32,000 nucleotides of DNA from Methanococcus maripaludis (lineage in GTDB: Archaea; AGJL01; Methanococci; Methanococcales; Methanococcaceae). Shown in pieces: positions 17,355 through 26,428 of this stretch (position 1 is its first letter; every line of letters starts with the position of its first letter). Position numbers and translations under genes: made by a program. The stretch lies in contig NZ_CP026606.1 of assembly GCF_002945325.1 (NCBI RefSeq), positions 1,410,001-1,442,000 on the forward strand, in the 5' to 3' direction. Below the pieces are notes generated by a model that was given only the letters and a program-made list of their open reading frames with translations, searched no databases and was not told where the DNA came from.

Positions 17355-17615
17355 ATTTCCAAACCCCCTAAAATTAAATTAATTATATTCATGTTGCTCC
17401 AACATTATGCTAGTTTTGTAGATCTTTTTAGTGCATTTTTCGTTTTCTGAACAGTATATTTTGAAATTATAATTATCGATCATTATATATAGCGGAATTA
17501 AATAGTTATTTTAAATACCAATATAATTTTTCATATAATATCAAACAAAACACGCAAATTTATGCGGTCTGAGATATCTTTTAACTTAATAATGATTATT
17601 TTAACGGTGCAGACT

Positions 17616-18170
17616 ATGACTGAAAAAATGAAAGAAATTGCAGCAAGAGTTCGCGAATTAAGGGAACTCTCGGAAATTTCAATTGAGGAGATGGCAAATC
17701 ACTTACAAATTTCACCAGAAATTTATCAACATTACGAAGAAGGAACCTGCGATATTCCAGCAAGTGTTTTGTATGAAATTGCACACAAATTTGAAGTTGA
17801 CATGGGACTACTTTTGACTGGAGAAGAAACCAGAATGCATATTTTTACGGTTACAAGAAAAGGAAAAGGAGTTTCTGTAGAAAGAAGAAAACAGTACAAA
17901 TACGAAAATTTGGCTGAAAAATTTGTCCACAAAAAAGCAGAACCATTTATTGTAACAGTGGAGCCAAGAACTGACGGAAAAAAACCATCCAAAAATTCAC
18001 ACCCTGGTCAGGAGTTCAACTATATTTTGGAAGGATCTATAAAATTATACATCCACAAAAATGAAGTTATTTTGGAAGAAGGAGATTCTATATTCTTTGA
18101 TGCAGGGTATGAACATGCAATGGAAGCATTAAATGGAAAAACTGCTAAATTCCTTGCAATTATAATGTAA
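17616..18170 (+). CDS. XRE-family HTH transcriptional regulator with a C-terminal cupin sensor domain
   Basis: The HTH_3-like segment is [36 protein letters not shown]. The cupin_2-like segment is [18 protein letters not shown]...[15 protein letters not shown] prefer ATG 17616 (MTEKMKEI...) over the track's 17562, whose extra 18 residues are hydrophobic and non-conserved. Confidence 0.8.
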   Translation: MTEKMKEIAARVRELRELSEISIEEMANHLQISPEIYQHYEEGTCDIPASVLYEIAHKFEVDMGLLLTGEETRMHIFTVTRKGKGVSVERRKQYKYENLAEKFVHKKAEPFIVTVEPRTDGKKPSKNSHPGQEFNYILEGSIKLYIHKNEVILEEGDSIFFDAGYEHAMEALNGKTAKFLAIIM

Positions 18171-18210
18171 CTTACTGTAAACTTTATTATTCTCAAAAAC
18201 GAAAAAGGGC

Positions 18211-19890
18211 ATGATTATGGTATCATTACTTACTAAATTTGTTAAAACGACGGAATTTGAGTCATACGAAGATTTTGTGGAAAATTTTAAGATAGATGTT
18301 CCAGAAAATTTTAACTTTGCTTATGACATCGTTGATGAATATGCAAAAATTGCGCCGGAAAAGATTGCAATCATATGGTGTGACGATAACAACGATGAAA
18401 AAATCTTTACATTTAATGATATGAAGAAATACAGTGATAAAGCAGCTAATTTCTTTTTAAAACACGGTATTAAAAAGGGAGATACTGTAATGCTCACTTT
18501 AAAGAGCAGGTACGAATTCTGGTTTTGCATGCTTGGACTTCATAAAATTGGGGCTGTCGCAATTCCTGCAACACACATGCTTACAACAAAAGACATCGTG
18601 TACAGGATTGAAAAAGCAGGCTTAAAAATGATAGTCTGTATCGGTGAAAACGGGGTTCCAGAATATGTTGATGAAGCAGTATCTGAAATTAATTCAGATG
18701 TTTTAAAAGCATGTGTTTCAAATTTAAACAATGATAGTTGGATTGATATTTCAAAAGAATTGGAAGAATCATCAGAAGACTTTACAAGGCCTGTTGGAGA
18801 AATGGATACTAAAAATGACGATGTATTAGTTGCATATTTTTCATCAGGAACAACAGGATATCCAAAATTAATTCAACACGACCACGAATATCCTTTAGGA
18901 CATATTACGACTGCAAAATACTGGCAAAATGTTGAAGATGATGGACTTCACTACACTGTTGCAGACAGCGGATGGGCAAAGTGTATCTGGGGAAAACTCT
19001 ACGGACAGTGGATTGCAGGAACTGCAGTATTTGTCTACGACTACGACAGATTTGATGCAGGAAACATGCTTGAAAAAATTGCAAAATATAAAATTACAAC
19101 GTTCTGCGCACCACCTACAATTTACAGGTTCATGATTAAACAGGATATTTCAAAAGCAGACTTTTCAAGTTTACACTACGCAGTAACTGCTGGAGAACCT
19201 CTAAACCCTGAAGTTTACAACAAATTTTTGGAGTTTACAGGACTTAGGCTAATGGAAGGATTTGGGCAGACTGAAACTGTTGTATCTGTTGCAAACTTTA
19301 CATGGATGGATCCAAAACCCGGATCAATGGGAAAACCAGTGCCAATTTTTGATTTAATGATAAAAGGGCCAGATGGAAAAGAATGTGATGTAGGTGAAGA
19401 AGGAGAACTTGCATTCAAAACAGAAGATGGAAAACCTCTTGGTCTTTTCTCAGGATACTTTAAAGACCCTGAAAGAACTAAAAAAGCCTGGTACGATGGA
19501 TATTACCATACTGGGGATACTGCATGGAAAGATGAAGATGGATACCTCTGGTTTGTTGGAAGAAACGACGATTTAATCAAAAGTTCGGGTTACAGAATCG
19601 GTCCTTTTGAAGTAGAAAGTGCACTTATTTCACACCCGGCAGTACTTGAATGTGCAATAACTGGAGTACCGGACCCAGTAAGGGGCCAGATTGTTAAAGC
19701 TACAATTGTTTTAACGTCTGAATATCAAGCAAGTGAAGAACTCAAAAAAGAACTTCAAGACCACGTTAAACACAACACTGCCCCATACAAATACCCTCGA
19801 GCTATTGAATTTGTAAAAGAACTCCCAAAAACAATCAGCGGGAAAATCAGGCGTGTAGAAATCCGGGAAACTGATGAAAAAAATAAATAA
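18211..19890 (+). CDS. AMP-forming acyl-CoA synthetase, medium-chain (ACSM/Macs-like)
   Basis: 559 aa. The AMP-binding signature is [15 protein letters not shown]. Also present are [53 protein letters not shown] and the C-terminal [10 protein letters not shown]. The N-terminal region resembles medium-chain synthetases rather than acetyl-CoA synthetases. Confidence 0.85.
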   Translation: MIMVSLLTKFVKTTEFESYEDFVENFKIDVPENFNFAYDIVDEYAKIAPEKIAIIWCDDNNDEKIFTFNDMKKYSDKAANFFLKHGIKKGDTVMLTLKSRYEFWFCMLGLHKIGAVAIPATHMLTTKDIVYRIEKAGLKMIVCIGENGVPEYVDEAVSEINSDVLKACVSNLNNDSWIDISKELEESSEDFTRPVGEMDTKNDDVLVAYFSSGTTGYPKLIQHDHEYPLGHITTAKYWQNVEDDGLHYTVADSGWAKCIWGKLYGQWIAGTAVFVYDYDRFDAGNMLEKIAKYKITTFCAPPTIYRFMIKQDISKADFSSLHYAVTAGEPLNPEVYNKFLEFTGLRLMEGFGQTETVVSVANFTWMDPKPGSMGKPVPIFDLMIKGPDGKECDVGEEGELAFKTEDGKPLGLFSGYFKDPERTKKAWYDGYYHTGDTAWKDEDGYLWFVGRNDDLIKSSGYRIGPFEVESALISHPAVLECAITGVPDPVRGQIVKATIVLTSEYQASEELKKELQDHVKHNTAPYKYPRAIEFVKELPKTISGKIRRVEIRETDEKNK

Positions 19891-19910
19891 TTAACTATCA
19901 TAAAAAATTA

Positions 19911-19918
19911 TTTTTTTT
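19911..19918 (+). terminator. Oligo-T tract (T8) between the acyl-CoA synthetase and the oxidoreductase genes
   Basis: A run of 8 T starts 21 nt after the stop codon. It may partially terminate transcription and separate two transcription units. Confidence 0.35.
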
Positions 19919-19973
19919 AAGGTACATTGATCGAAAAATTATTTTTAAAATTTAACTAAGAAAAGATGAAATT

Positions 19974-20213
19974 ATGGAATGTTCTACAAAAAAACCCTAT
20001 CCTGTAATTAATGCTCTTGAATGCAAAGCATGTGAAAGATGTATAATTGCATGTCCAAAAGACGTCTTAAAAATGAGTAAAGACTGCAATGAAAGAGGAT
20101 ATAATTACGTAATTTACACTGGCGAAGGATGTACTGGCTGTGGAAACTGCTACTACACCTGCCCAGAACCTTTAGCAATAGAAGTACACATCCCGCTTAA
20201 AAAGTGCGAATAG
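19974..20213 (+). CDS. 2-oxoacid:ferredoxin oxidoreductase delta subunit (2x[4Fe-4S] ferredoxin)
   Basis: 79 aa with two CxxCxxCxxxCP motifs ([12 protein letters not shown] and [12 protein letters not shown]). It lies directly upstream of the alpha subunit. Confidence 0.85.
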   Translation: MECSTKKPYPVINALECKACERCIIACPKDVLKMSKDCNERGYNYVIYTGEGCTGCGNCYYTCPEPLAIEVHIPLKKCE

Positions 20214-20223
20214 AGGAGATATT

Positions 20224-21279
20224 ATGGCAACACAACTTGTAAAAGGAAACACTGCTGTTATTGTCGGAGCCATGTATGCAGGATGTGACTGTTACTTTGG
20301 ATACCCGATAACACCTGCAAGTGAAGTACTTCACGAAGCTTCAAAATACTTCCCAATGGTTGGAAGGAAGTTTGTTCAGGCAGAATCAGAAGAAGCTGCA
20401 ATAAATATGGTTTACGGTGCGGCATCAACTGGAAAAAGAGTGTTATGTGCTACATCAGGTCCAGGAATGAGTTTAAAACAAGAAGGAATCTCATTTTTAG
20501 CAGGTTCTGAACTTCCATGTGTTCTTGTAAATGTGCAGAGGGCAGGCCCGGGTCTTGGAAACATCGGACCAGAACAGGCTGATTACAATCAGGCTGTAAA
20601 AGGTGGGGGACACGGAAACTATAAAAATATAGTTTTAGCTCCAAATTCAGTTCAAGAAATGTGTGATTTTACAGCAAAAGCATTTGAACTTTCAACAAAG
20701 TACAAAAACCCGGTAATTGTTCTTTCAGATGGTGTTTTAGGTCAGATGGTTGAGCCATTAAAATTCCCAGAACAGGCCATAAAACCTGAAATCGACGAAA
20801 GTTGGGCAGTCTGCGGAACAAAAGAAACAAGGAAAAATTTGGTTACTTCAATCTTTTTAGATTTTAAACAACTTGAAGAATTTAACTACAAATTACAGGA
20901 TAAATACGAAATAATTAAAGAAAATGAACAAGATTTTGAAGGATACATGCTAGATGATGCTGAAATTATCCTTGTTTCATACGGAATAAGCAGCAGAATT
21001 TCAAAAACTGCTGTAGACGTTGCAAGAAAAGAAGGATTAAAAGTAGGATTATTCAGGCCGAAAACCCTATTTCCGTTCCCAGAAAAAGAAATGAACAAAC
21101 TTGCAGAGAAAAAATGCACATTTATTTCAGTTGAAATGAGCAACGGTCAAATGGCAGAAGATATTAAACTTGCAACATGCTGTAAAAGGCCAGTTGAACT
21201 TGTAAACCGGCTTGGCGGAAATTTAATTGAAGTTGATCAGATTTTAGCTAAAATTAAAGAAATTGCAGGAGGCAACTAA
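20224..21279 (+). CDS. 2-oxoacid:ferredoxin oxidoreductase alpha subunit (VOR/POR family)
   Basis: 351 aa. [28 protein letters not shown] and [33 protein letters not shown] are typical alpha-subunit N-terminal domain sequences. A GAGGAG Shine-Dalgarno lies in the 10-nt gap after the delta gene. Confidence 0.85.
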   Translation: MATQLVKGNTAVIVGAMYAGCDCYFGYPITPASEVLHEASKYFPMVGRKFVQAESEEAAINMVYGAASTGKRVLCATSGPGMSLKQEGISFLAGSELPCVLVNVQRAGPGLGNIGPEQADYNQAVKGGGHGNYKNIVLAPNSVQEMCDFTAKAFELSTKYKNPVIVLSDGVLGQMVEPLKFPEQAIKPEIDESWAVCGTKETRKNLVTSIFLDFKQLEEFNYKLQDKYEIIKENEQDFEGYMLDDAEIILVSYGISSRISKTAVDVARKEGLKVGLFRPKTLFPFPEKEMNKLAEKKCTFISVEMSNGQMAEDIKLATCCKRPVELVNRLGGNLIEVDQILAKIKEIAGGN

Positions 21280-21280
21280 A

Positions 21281-22720
21281 ATGACAGAAATTACGGAAAA
21301 AGTTTTAAAAAAGCCAAATGCAATGCCTGAAATCTTTGAAAGAAAGGGCGGTTCTGCACCAACTGCAACGCACTACTGTGCAGGCTGTGGACACGGAATA
21401 ATCCATAAATTAATGGCAGAAGCAATCGATCAACTTGAAATACAGGATAGATGTGTTTTAATCAGTCCAGTTGGCTGCGCAGTATTTGCATACTATTACT
21501 TTGACTGCGGAAATATTCAAGTTGCTCACGGAAGAGCTCCTGCAGTTGGAACCGGTGTTTCAAGAGCAGAAGACAACGCAATTGTAATGTCGTACCAGGG
21601 AGATGGGGATTTAGCATCAATCGGGCTAAATGAAACAATCCAAGCAGCAAACCGTGGAGAAAAAATGGCTGTATTTTTCGTAAACAACACCGTTTACGGA
21701 ATGACTGGCGGACAGATGGCCCCAACAACACTTATCGGTGAAAAAACCGTAACTTGTCAGACTGGAAGGGATCCAAGATTTGCAGGCTATCCAATTCATA
21801 TGTGTGAACTTTTAAGCAGTCTGAAAGCTCCAGTATTTATTGAAAGAGTTTCTGTTTCAGACATTGCACACATAAGAAAGGCAAAACGTGCTATCAAAAA
21901 AGCTCTTGAAATTCAAAGAGATGGAAAAGGATATGCATTTGTTGAAATATTATCCCCTTGCCCAACAAACTTAAAACAAAATGCAGAAGCTGCTGAAAAG
22001 TTCATAAACGAAGAGATGGAAAAAGAATTTCCATTACAAAACTTCAGAGACAGAAGTGCTGAAGTTGAAACATTGAATAGGGGAGAGAGCGACTTTTCAA
22101 AAGAATGCCTTGATAATATATTTGAAGTAAATTCAAAAGGTTCAGAAGATCCATCAAAAGACGATTCTTTCGAAGAAAAACTTGTAAAAATTGCAGGATT
22201 TGGTGGACAGGGAGTTTTGAGTATGGGTTTAACTCTCGCAGAAGCTGCGTGTAGGGCCCAAAAATACGTTTCCTGGTACCCTTCATACGGTCCAGAACAA
22301 AGAGGTGGAACTTCAAACTGTTCGGTTATCATTTCAGGACAGGAAATTGGATCTCCTGTTGTGTACAACCCCGGAGTTTTAATTGCGCTCAATAAACCTT
22401 CACTTGAAAACTTTGCAAAAGACGTGAAAGTTGGCGGAACAATAATTTACGATGAAAATATCGGTGAATTTGAAATTCCAAACGGAGTTACTGCAATAAA
22501 AGTTCCAGCTTCAAAAATCGCAACTGAAATGGGCGTTTCAAGAGCTGCAAATACAGTAATGCTCGGAGTTTTGGCGGAAATTGGATACACCGGACTTTCT
22601 GAATCCGTATTTGTTGGTGCAATAGAACAGACATTCTCAAAAAAACCTAAATTAATTCCAATAAACGTTGAAATATTAAATGCAGGAATTGCATGGGCTA
22701 AAGAAAATTTGGCCTTATAA
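21281..22720 (+). CDS. 2-oxoacid:ferredoxin oxidoreductase fused beta (TPP-binding) and gamma subunit
   Basis: The N-terminal part carries YCAGCGHG and the TPP motif GDGD...NN(T)VYGMTGGQ (beta). From about nt 22175 the sequence [24 protein letters not shown]...YGPEQRGG is a gamma-subunit domain. An acidic, low-complexity linker joins the two. ATG 21281 lies 1 nt after the alpha stop. Confidence 0.85.
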   Translation: MTEITEKVLKKPNAMPEIFERKGGSAPTATHYCAGCGHGIIHKLMAEAIDQLEIQDRCVLISPVGCAVFAYYYFDCGNIQVAHGRAPAVGTGVSRAEDNAIVMSYQGDGDLASIGLNETIQAANRGEKMAVFFVNNTVYGMTGGQMAPTTLIGEKTVTCQTGRDPRFAGYPIHMCELLSSLKAPVFIERVSVSDIAHIRKAKRAIKKALEIQRDGKGYAFVEILSPCPTNLKQNAEAAEKFINEEMEKEFPLQNFRDRSAEVETLNRGESDFSKECLDNIFEVNSKGSEDPSKDDSFEEKLVKIAGFGGQGVLSMGLTLAEAACRAQKYVSWYPSYGPEQRGGTSNCSVIISGQEIGSPVVYNPGVLIALNKPSLENFAKDVKVGGTIIYDENIGEFEIPNGVTAIKVPASKIATEMGVSRAANTVMLGVLAEIGYTGLSESVFVGAIEQTFSKKPKLIPINVEILNAGIAWAKENLAL

Positions 22721-22724
22721 TTAA

Positions 22725-22731
22725 TTTTTTT
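22725..22731 (+). terminator. Oligo-T tract (T7) after the oxidoreductase genes
   Basis: A T7 run starts 5 nt after the stop codon. Confidence 0.35.
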
Positions 22732-22802
22732 GATTATCAATCAATTTTTCAAAATATTCTAATTATTCATATTCTTTATTTTTAATCGAATGGGGCGATA
22801 TC

Positions 22803-24119
22803 ATGCAGTTTAAATCAGAATTACCTCCGGTGCAGGTTGCGCTTGATCTTGTTGATCTTCCAAGGGCAATAGAAATTGCAAAAGAAGCAGTTTTAGGCGG
22901 GGCTACATGGGTTGAGGCTGGAACTCCACTAATAAAATCCGAAGGAATGAATGCAATTCGAGAACTTAGAAAAAACTTCCCAAATCTTACAATCGTTGCA
23001 GACATGAAAACAATGGATGCAGGAAGCACGGAAGTTGAAATGGCTGCAAAAGCAGGTGCAAATGTTATATTGATATTGGGCGTTGGTCCAGATTCAATGA
23101 TAATAGATGCTGTAAAAGCTGGAAAAAAATATGGAGTTTTAGTTGGAACTGATTTGATTGCAACGGAAGACCCGGTAAAACGGGCAGTTGAACTCGAAGA
23201 AATGGGTGTAGATATTATAAATATCCACGTGGGACTCGATCAGCAAGTTTTAAATGTTGATCCTGTTGAACTTGTAAAAAGAGTTTCTGAAAACTGTAAA
23301 AAAGCAAAAATTGCAGCAGCAGGTGGTTTAAACAGCGAAACTGCTGTAAAAGCATACGAAGCAGGAGCAGATATAATTATTGCGGGAGGAACGTTATATA
23401 AGTCCGCAGACCCTGAACAAACTGCAAGAGATATTGTAAAAAGTCTTGAAACTGGAAAACCTGTAAAAACGGATAAATTTAAGAAATTTAATAAAGATGA
23501 ACTTGCAAATGCGTTTGATGTTGTAAGTACTTCAAATATAAGCGATGCAATGCATAGAACTGGAGAAATGAAAGGTTTAAAACCAGTTTGGAACTCTGAA
23601 AAACCTTTAAAATTTGCAGGACCTGCAGTTACAGTTAGAACTTACTCTGGAGATTGGAGTAAACCTGTAAGTGCGATAGATGAATGTGTTGCAGGAAATG
23701 TTTTAGTAATTGACAACTGCAGTTCTGAAATTGCCTGCTGGGGCGGACTTGCAACGCTTTCATGCAAAACCAAAGGCTTAGTTGCAATTGTAATAGATGG
23801 TGCTGTTAGAGATGTCGAAGAAATTTTAAAAATTGGAATTCCAGTATTTTCAAGAAGTATAACTCCAACTGCGGGAGAGCCAAAAGGATTTGGGGAAATA
23901 AATGCTGTAATTGAATGTGCTGGAAGAACTGTTGAACCTGGAGACTGGATTGTCGGGGATGAAAATGGAATTATTGTAGTTCCAAAAAATGAGGCAATGG
24001 AAATTGCAAACAGGGCAATCGATGTAAAAGAAAGAGAAGATAGAGTTAAAGAAGAGATAACGCGTGGAACAACGCTTGCAAAAACAATAAGGTTAAAAGA
24101 TTGGGAATTGAAAAAATAA
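22803..24119 (+). CDS. Fusion protein: 3-hexulose-6-phosphate synthase (OMP-decarboxylase suprafamily) plus an RraA-like / class II aldolase-like domain
   Basis: Residues 1 to about 215 carry VQVALDL, the ADMKTMD (DxKxxD) motif, INIHVGLDQQ and AAGGLN, which are HPS hallmarks. Residues from about 230 to 438 carry SNISDAM and WGGLATLSCKTKGLVAIVIDGAVRD, the RraA-family glycine/DGxxRD signature. Confidence 0.8.
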   Translation: MQFKSELPPVQVALDLVDLPRAIEIAKEAVLGGATWVEAGTPLIKSEGMNAIRELRKNFPNLTIVADMKTMDAGSTEVEMAAKAGANVILILGVGPDSMIIDAVKAGKKYGVLVGTDLIATEDPVKRAVELEEMGVDIINIHVGLDQQVLNVDPVELVKRVSENCKKAKIAAAGGLNSETAVKAYEAGADIIIAGGTLYKSADPEQTARDIVKSLETGKPVKTDKFKKFNKDELANAFDVVSTSNISDAMHRTGEMKGLKPVWNSEKPLKFAGPAVTVRTYSGDWSKPVSAIDECVAGNVLVIDNCSSEIACWGGLATLSCKTKGLVAIVIDGAVRDVEEILKIGIPVFSRSITPTAGEPKGFGEINAVIECAGRTVEPGDWIVGDENGIIVVPKNEAMEIANRAIDVKEREDRVKEEITRGTTLAKTIRLKDWELKK

Positions 24120-24158
24120 AATGGACATTTAATATTTTATTTTAAAATTAATTTATAT

Positions 24159-24449
24159 TTAGATTTCTTTTAAAAATTCCAATTCTTTTGAAGTTAACGA
24201 AGGAGTAAATTCGATTATTTCGTAGTCATAAATCTCATTGATGTAGAATGGGTCATCTTTTAACATATCAAGTACTTCTTCTTTGGTTTTAACATTTGAG
24301 ATGATTACTCCGCCAGTTCTTGGAACTTTTCTGCCGGATGCTAATAACTTTTGAAGTTCATAGTTTTTCTTTAAAAATTCAATATGTTCAGCCAAATATT
24401 TTTCAACGACTTCAATTGGTTTTTTGTACGTTACAGAAATTATAAACAT
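24159..24449 (-). CDS. YciI-like small protein
   Basis: 96 aa. MFIISVTYKKPIEVVEKYLAEHIEFLKK...GGVIISNVKTKEEVLDMLKDDPFY matches the YciI pattern, including the conserved His early in helix 1 and the DPF(Y/H) tail. ATG 24449 has GGAGGT 7 nt upstream. The track's TTG 24464 is less likely. Confidence 0.65.
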   Translation of the reverse strand: MFIISVTYKKPIEVVEKYLAEHIEFLKKNYELQKLLASGRKVPRTGGVIISNVKTKEEVLDMLKDDPFYINEIYDYEIIEFTPSLTSKELEFLKEI

Positions 24450-24466
24450 GAGTTTAACCTCCAACT

Positions 24467-25504
24467 TTAAATTTTTCTTAATTTTTGGTAAACGTCTAAA
24501 AGGCCGATACAGCCTGTAATCATTACATCTCCTCCAGGATATGCATAATTACCGTAATTTTTAAATAATTCTCTGTTTGGCCCTGCAATAAGCACTGATT
24601 CAGGTTCAGTTTTACAAGTTACGCATGCACCGTGGCCGTTGTCGTTATATATATCCTCATTTTTTAAAGATCCATTGCATGTTCTTTCAACAATGTCTTT
24701 TAATTTTTGATCGTCGATTAATCTTGTATGGTGTTCAAAAAGGCCGTTAATTTTTTGATTTTGCATTGAAACTCCCAAAGTATGGCCGTTTCCAATGTCA
24801 AGGCCGATAAATTCATTAATATTATTTTCATTTGCATAATTTAAAATACCGCAAACCGATGCCATTTTGCTGTCCATTACAAATCCTTTGTATTTATTTT
24901 CACCAAGGGTATTTAAAATGGATTCAAATCGCGAAAAATTGTCTGTTTTATACTTTTTATTATCAAAATAAAATTCATACGGGTCTTTTGTTTCATTTAA
25001 CTTTTTTTCAAAATATTTAAATCGGGTGATCCGATCACTCTGTCCTTTTACAAATCCGTGATCTTGACATGCTACACAAACAACTTCAGGAGAGAAATCC
25101 TGTCCCATCGAAGAAAATATTGTTTTTAACATTTCAAAATCTAAATCTTCTAAATTTACATTTGGATTTTCAATATTTTCTTTTATAACAATTCCTTTTT
25201 CCCTAACTTCGTCTAAGTCGTCTCTAATTGTTCTCGCACACTGTTCGGAAATTTCTACTTTGTATCCTTTTTTTAATTTCTGCATTATTGCAAATGAAAC
25301 TGGGCCTCCTCCCATTAATTTTCCGTCAATTCTTAAATCTTCTTTCAATTTCATAATTTTTCGAGAAATAATCGTTGTAGGGGAAGGTAGTATTAATTTA
25401 ATTGCATTTTCAACGTTTTTTTTAGTGTCAAAGTATAAAATGTCCTGAGTTCCTTTTCCAATATCGATGCACAAAATATTCAAAGTAATCACCTTAAATG
25501 ACAT
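24467..25504 (-). CDS. ASKHA-fold (actin/Hsp70/sugar-kinase-like) ATPase of unknown function, DUF1786-like
   Basis: 345 aa. A phosphate-1-like motif CIDIGKGTQDILYFD lies at the N-terminus, and a phosphate-2-like motif GLDIGNGHTLGV lies near residue 225. The family assignment is from memory only. Confidence 0.55.
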   Translation of the reverse strand: MSFKVITLNILCIDIGKGTQDILYFDTKKNVENAIKLILPSPTTIISRKIMKLKEDLRIDGKLMGGGPVSFAIMQKLKKGYKVEISEQCARTIRDDLDEVREKGIVIKENIENPNVNLEDLDFEMLKTIFSSMGQDFSPEVVCVACQDHGFVKGQSDRITRFKYFEKKLNETKDPYEFYFDNKKYKTDNFSRFESILNTLGENKYKGFVMDSKMASVCGILNYANENNINEFIGLDIGNGHTLGVSMQNQKINGLFEHHTRLIDDQKLKDIVERTCNGSLKNEDIYNDNGHGACVTCKTEPESVLIAGPNRELFKNYGNYAYPGGDVMITGCIGLLDVYQKLRKI

Positions 25505-25621
25505 TTTTTGATAAATGTTAATTATATTTGATGATACTATTACACTTCTATATTTTAAGATTTTTTATTTATATCATGAATTTTATAGTTGTCCTTGCTT
25601 TTAATTGATTTTTGTGAAACT

Positions 25622-26332
25622 ATGAGAATTTTAGATATTGATCTGGACTTTTTCTTAAATAAAATTGCATTTTGGAAAAAAGGAAACAAAAGACTCGACG
25701 AAAAAGAGTATGTCGTTTGGAAAAAAGATAAATTTATCGACTTTTTAGAAAACAACAGTAATTTATCGAAAAATAATAAAATAAAAGGAAGAATTGTTAA
25801 AAAACACCACGAAGCTTTTTATTTTTGGAGAGAACTTATCGAAAAAAATGAACTCGAAACTCCCTTTGAAGTTGTTCACATCGATGCTCATGCTGATCTT
25901 GGGCTTGGGGACTTTTCCTACAAATATATCATGGAAGAATTGCTTCACAAACCCGTTGAAAAAAGAAATGATCCTGAAATGATGTATGAAGGAAATTATC
26001 TTGCTTTTGCAATTGCAAATCGGTGGATTAGTAATTTAACTTATGTTACACACCCGAAAGGCGGAAATGATCTATTGAATTTTCATTTTAAGAACTACGA
26101 TGTAAAAAGTGAAATTATTCAGCTTAAAAAAACTGAAAAAATAGAAAATGAAATTAAAAATGTAAAAATTTTAGATTTGGAGCCAGAAATTCCTTTAAAA
26201 TTAATATCTGGGAAAGATTACCTTGAAGAAGGAACTTTTGATTATGTTGTATTCAGCATATCTCCAAAATACACTCCAAAAACGATAGATAGATTAATTC
26301 CAATTGTAAAGGAATATATTGAGGAAATTTAG
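25622..26332 (+). CDS. UPF0489-like protein (arginase/deacetylase-like metal-site motif)
   Basis: MRILDIDLDFF at the N-terminus and VVHIDAHADLG (nt about 25871-25900) resemble the UPF0489 family and the ureohydrolase/HDAC DAHxD metal motif. I prefer ATG 25622 over the track's TTG 25589. Confidence 0.55.
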   Translation: MRILDIDLDFFLNKIAFWKKGNKRLDEKEYVVWKKDKFIDFLENNSNLSKNNKIKGRIVKKHHEAFYFWRELIEKNELETPFEVVHIDAHADLGLGDFSYKYIMEELLHKPVEKRNDPEMMYEGNYLAFAIANRWISNLTYVTHPKGGNDLLNFHFKNYDVKSEIIQLKKTEKIENEIKNVKILDLEPEIPLKLISGKDYLEEGTFDYVVFSISPKYTPKTIDRLIPIVKEYIEEI

Positions 26333-26428
26333 GTATCATTCCTTAAATCTTTCAAGTTTAATTTTTTTATACCATAATGACGTATTTTATTTAATCTTCA
26401 TATTATTTTTATCAAAAAAGGTGGAAAA

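Noticed and set aside
17391-17405. Small hairpin ATGTTG-CTC-CAACAT, and a 19-codon hydrophobic mini-ORF starting at 17391
   Set aside because: A 6-bp stem with a 3-nt loop is within chance expectation. The mini-ORF has no Shine-Dalgarno and no supporting feature. I note it only as part of the long 17355-17615 intergenic region.
21913-22392. 159-aa antisense ORF inside the oxidoreductase beta-gamma gene, plus similar long antisense ORFs (for example 16466-16840, 8272-8622, 29170-29484 and 3686-3994)
   Set aside because: Each lies fully inside a confidently identified gene on the opposite strand. None carries a recognisable motif, and all have Ser/Phe/Ile-rich composition typical of antisense frames. 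They are chance open frames.
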